Shown here: positions 61,142-64,000 of the stretch, in pieces
Position numbering within the stretch: the first letter of the stretch is position 1
Layout: every line of letters begins with the position of its first letter
NCBI GenBank assembly: GCA_022566715.1
Contig: JADFIH010000001.1
Coordinates: forward strand, 2,420 to 66,419
Direction of reading: 5' to 3'
DNA length: 64,000 nt
DNA from: Pseudomonadota bacterium
Lineage (GTDB): Bacteria; Pseudomonadota; Alphaproteobacteria; SHVP01
Made by a program: the position numbers and the translations under genes
Notes under the pieces: generated by a model
What the model saw: only the letters and a program-made list of their open reading frames with translations
Databases searched by the model: none
What the model was told of the DNA's origin: nothing

Positions 61142-63283
61142 TCAAGTATTCGCTTCGGCCTCTACTTTTGTTTCCTGGGCCGCATTCTTTTCTTTCCCGG
61201 TTTCTTGATCGATCATTTTCATGCTTAGGCGCACCTTGCCGCGGTCATCGAAACTGAGGACCTTGACCCAGACCTCATCGCCTTCGTTGACGATATCGGT
61301 GACCTTGCCGACACGGCGCGGCGCCAACTCGCTGATGTGCACTAAGCCGTCCTTAGAGCCGATGAAGTTCACGAAAGCGCCGAAGTCGACGACTTTCACG
61401 ACCTTGCCCTTATAGATCACGCCGATCTCGGGTTCGGCGACGATGTCCTTGATCCACTTGATGGCGGCTTCTCCCGCGGCCGTATCCGCGCTCGCCACCT
61501 TGATCGTACCGTCATCCTCGATGTCGATCTTGGCGCCGGTCGTTTCGCAGATCTCACGAATGACCTTGCCGCCGGTGCCGATGACCTCGCGGATCTTGTC
61601 TTTCGGGATCGTTATCGTCGTGATCCGCGGCGCGTATTCGGCCACAGAAGCGCGGGAACTGGAGAGCGCCTTGGCCATTTCGCGGAGGATGTGCTTGCGT
61701 CCCTCGTGCGCCTGGTCCAGGGCGGCCTGCATGATCTCCCGCGTGATCCCGGTGACCTTGATGTCCATCTGGAGCGCGGTGATGCCGTCCTCCGTCCCGG
61801 CGACCTTGAAGTCCATGTCGCCGAGATGATCTTCGTCGCCAAGAATGTCGGACAGAACAGCGTAACCATCGTCCTCCAGAATAAGCCCCATGGCGATGCC
61901 GGCGCAGGCCGCCTTCAGGGGGACGCCCGCTCCCATCATCGACAGGGACGATCCGCAAACCGTCGCCATGGAAGACGATCCATTCGACTCGGTCACTTCG
62001 GACACGACGCGAATGGTGTAGGGGAAGGTCTCACGGTCGGGCATGAGCGCGTGCAACGCGCGCCAGGCGAGTTTGCCGTGGCCAATCTCCCGGCGGCCGG
62101 GCGAGGCCATGAATTTCGTTTCGCCGACCGAATAGGGCGGAAAGTTGTAATGCAGCATGAAGTGCTCGCGGTACTCGCCGTCGAGCGCATCCACGATCTG
62201 TTCGTCCTGGCCCGTCCCCAGGGTGGTGACGACCAGCGCCTGGGTTTCACCGCGCGTGAACAGGGCCGAGCCATGGGTGCGCGGCAGCACATCCGTCTCG
62301 GCGACGATCTCCCGGACGGTCTTGGTGTCGCGGCCGTCGATGCGCACGCCCGTGTCGAGCACCTGCCTGCGAACGATGTGCTTCTCCATCGACTTGACCA
62401 GGTCCTTGACCACGTTCGGCCCAAGCTCCTCATCGTTCTCGAACGCCGCCGCCGCCTTTTCGCGGGCCGCGGCAAGCAGGACGGTGCGGGGCTGTTTGAC
62501 CTTTTCCTCGTAGGCCGCGCGCAAGTCGGCCCCGATGACCTCCTCGAGTTTCGCGGCGGTCTTGGAATGGTCTTCCTCTTCGGGAAGCGCCCAGGGCTCC
62601 TTCGCGCATTCCTCGGCCAGTTCGATGATCATCTTGAGCACCGGCTGAAACTGCTCTTGCCCGAACATCACGGCGCCGAGCATCACGTCTTCACTGAGCT
62701 CGGAGGCTTCGGATTCGACCATGAGCACCGCGTCGGCTGTTCCGGCGACGATGAGGTCCAAATCCGAGGACGCCATGTCGTCGATCAGCGGGTTGAGGAC
62801 GTACGCGCCGTCCACATAGCCGACCCGGGCGCCCGCGATGGGCCCAAGGAACGGAATCCCCGAAATCGTCAACGCCGCCGAGGCGCCGACCAACGCGGGA
62901 ATATCGGAATTGTTCTCCAGATCGTGCGACAGGACCGTGCAGATAACCTGGGTCTCGTTGCGGAAACTCTTATGAAACAAGGGCCGGATGGGCCGGTCGA
63001 TCAGCCGGGAGGTCAGGGTTTCCTTCTCGGCGGGGCGTCCCTCACGTTTGAAAAACCCGCCCGGTATCTTGCCGGCCGCGAAGGTCTTTTCCTGGTAATT
63101 GACGGTGAGGGGGAAAAAGTCGATTCCGACTCGCGGCGTTTTTTGCGCGACGGCGGTACAAAGGACGACGGTGTCGCCATAACTTACGAGGACGGCGCCG
63201 TCGGCCTGACGGGCCATTCTTCCCGTCTCGAGGACGAGCTTGCGGCCGCCCCAGTCGATTTCTTTTCGACGTACATCAAACAT
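61142..63283 (-). CDS. pnp: polyribonucleotide nucleotidyltransferase (PNPase)
   Basis: 713 aa with two RNase PH domains plus KH and S1 domains. Confidence 0.95.
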   Translation of the reverse strand: MFDVRRKEIDWGGRKLVLETGRMARQADGAVLVSYGDTVVLCTAVAQKTPRVGIDFFPLTVNYQEKTFAAGKIPGGFFKREGRPAEKETLTSRLIDRPIRPLFHKSFRNETQVICTVLSHDLENNSDIPALVGASAALTISGIPFLGPIAGARVGYVDGAYVLNPLIDDMASSDLDLIVAGTADAVLMVESEASELSEDVMLGAVMFGQEQFQPVLKMIIELAEECAKEPWALPEEEDHSKTAAKLEEVIGADLRAAYEEKVKQPRTVLLAAAREKAAAAFENDEELGPNVVKDLVKSMEKHIVRRQVLDTGVRIDGRDTKTVREIVAETDVLPRTHGSALFTRGETQALVVTTLGTGQDEQIVDALDGEYREHFMLHYNFPPYSVGETKFMASPGRREIGHGKLAWRALHALMPDRETFPYTIRVVSEVTESNGSSSMATVCGSSLSMMGAGVPLKAACAGIAMGLILEDDGYAVLSDILGDEDHLGDMDFKVAGTEDGITALQMDIKVTGITREIMQAALDQAHEGRKHILREMAKALSSSRASVAEYAPRITTITIPKDKIREVIGTGGKVIREICETTGAKIDIEDDGTIKVASADTAAGEAAIKWIKDIVAEPEIGVIYKGKVVKVVDFGAFVNFIGSKDGLVHISELAPRRVGKVTDIVNEGDEVWVKVLSFDDRGKVRLSMKMIDQETGKEKNAAQETKVEAEANT

Positions 63284-63553
63284 GTATCTCTATTCCTTCC
63301 ATGCGGCCGCGGAACCCAATGCCCCGCGGCAAGCCCGCCACGCAAGCGCGTCCCCCAAGGGGACCCGTAAATCGTCGATGCTTTCGTGGCGGCATTCAAA
63401 TTCGACCCGGGCTAACCCGAGCCACGGTTCGACCCGAGTTCACTCGGGCCACGGATAACCGCCGGGACCGGTATTCGGTCCCACGGTTGCGGGCAGGACT
63501 TGCCCCGTGCCGCGGCGTAACGCGGCGCGAGATGCAACTGGCCCTGCGACAAA
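63284..63553 (-). promoter_or_regulatory. rpsO terminator / pnp 5' leader with multiple GC hairpins
   Basis: Several stable stem-loops (GCCGCG-GCGTAA-CGCGGC, GGGACCG-GTATT-CGGTCCC, CCCGAG-TTCA-CTCGGG) between rpsO and pnp. By analogy to E. coli these mark the RNase III autoregulatory leader. Confidence 0.55.
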
Positions 63554-63823
63554 TTATTTCCTTAGACCTAGGCGCTTGATCAGCCCTACGTAGCGCGGCG
63601 CGTCGATACTCTTCAGATAATCGAGTAACCGCCGCCGGCGGTTGACCATCATCAACAGGCCCCTTCGGGAGTGCAGATCCTTCTTATGATCCTTGAAATG
63701 CCCCGTCAGGTTAACGATTCGCTCGGTGAGAATTGCAACTTGCACCTCCGGCGAGCCAGTGTCGTTACTATTGGTGGCGTATTCCTTGATGAGTTCGGAC
63801 TTGCGGTCCGCTGTAATCGACAT
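63554..63823 (-). CDS. rpsO: 30S ribosomal protein S15
   Basis: [15 protein letters not shown] ... [16 protein letters not shown] is canonical S15. AGGAGA RBS upstream. Confidence 0.95.
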   Translation of the reverse strand: MSITADRKSELIKEYATNSNDTGSPEVQVAILTERIVNLTGHFKDHKKDLHSRRGLLMMVNRRRRLLDYLKSIDAPRYVGLIKRLGLRK

Positions 63824-63837
63824 CGCGTCTCCTGAAA

Positions 63838-64000
63838 TCAGAGGTTAAAGACTCGAACCGGCTGCACCTCACCGCCCGCCACCCGAGCGAGCGCCACGGC
63901 CCGTCCATCGGCCATCACGCATACGGTTCCGTCTTCGGTACCAGAGACCTGGACACATTGTCCCCGCCTAAGGCGGTTCGCGTCTGTTCCAGTCAAGGCC
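63838..64000 (-). CDS. truB: tRNA pseudouridine(55) synthase, C-terminal PUA region (5' part outside window)
   Basis: Reverse-strand translation ends ...[26 protein letters not shown]. Position upstream of rpsO-pnp matches the conserved truB-rpsO-pnp order. Confidence 0.6.
   Translation of the reverse strand, partial: ALTGTDANRLRRGQCVQVSGTEDGTVCVMADGRAVALARVAGGEVQPVRVFNL

Overview
High-GC (about 65%) chromosomal segment from an alphaproteobacterium, probably Rhodospirillales-like. Genes are densely packed and mostly housekeeping. Content in window order:

- **Isoprenoid / hopanoid:** dxs 3' end, then hpnC-hpnD-hpnE preceded on the same strand by an N-carbamoyl-D-amino-acid hydrolase and a benzoate-CoA-ligase-family aryl-CoA ligase. 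The ligase faces iorAB (indolepyruvate:ferredoxin oxidoreductase) across a divergent promoter.
- **REP-flanked enzyme island (10.7-16.1 kb):** two paralogous luciferase-like flavin monooxygenases, two alpha/beta hydrolases, one MBL-fold hydrolase, and an orphan HicB-like gene with a lysine-rich tail.
- **Glyoxylate shunt:** aceA-aceB with a divergent ScfR/RamB-type regulator.
- **Other metabolism and regulation:** isochorismatase-family hydrolase; LPS heptose genes hldD and hldE; the redox two-component system regB-regA; an ABC-2 exporter.
- **Electron-transfer cluster:** YSC84/SYLF protein, a diheme cytochrome c, a NapC/NirT tetraheme cytochrome, and a low-GC bacteriohemerythrin gene.
- **Origin-proximal block:** CobD/CbiB-like, YcgN-like, YgjP-like and MFS genes, then gyrB-recF-dnaN-dnaA-rhodanese. 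A 540-bp AT-rich candidate oriC/dnaA promoter region and rpsT lie upstream.
- **Housekeeping:** enoyl-CoA hydratase, mutM, cdd, ubiE-ubiB.
- **Sulfur operon:** coaBC-dut-rrf2-cysK-thiF/moeB-dsrE.
- **Remaining genes:** 2-hydroxyacid dehydrogenase; SH3 protein; an Irr-like Fur-family regulator with an ICE box upstream of a rubrerythrin / HdrD-like Fe-S / DUF3501 operon; nitronate monooxygenase; truB(3')-rpsO-pnp.

No transposases, integrases, CRISPR arrays, rRNA or tRNA genes were found.

Non-coding features:

- LSLSK-type REP palindromes.
- A two-copy ~150-bp structured palindromic element.
- A CAGGGAT heptamer microsatellite hairpin.
- Tandem 37-bp hairpin repeats at the irr 3' end.
- An orphan intrinsic terminator (possible sRNA) upstream of ubiE.

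Most novel candidates:

- The REP-flanked LLM/hydrolase island, a putative Baeyer-Villiger/lactone-hydrolysis module.
- The Rrf2-CysK-ThiF-DsrE sulfur-relay operon.
- The Irr/ICE-controlled rubrerythrin-HdrD-DUF3501 module.
- The recurring structured repeat element.
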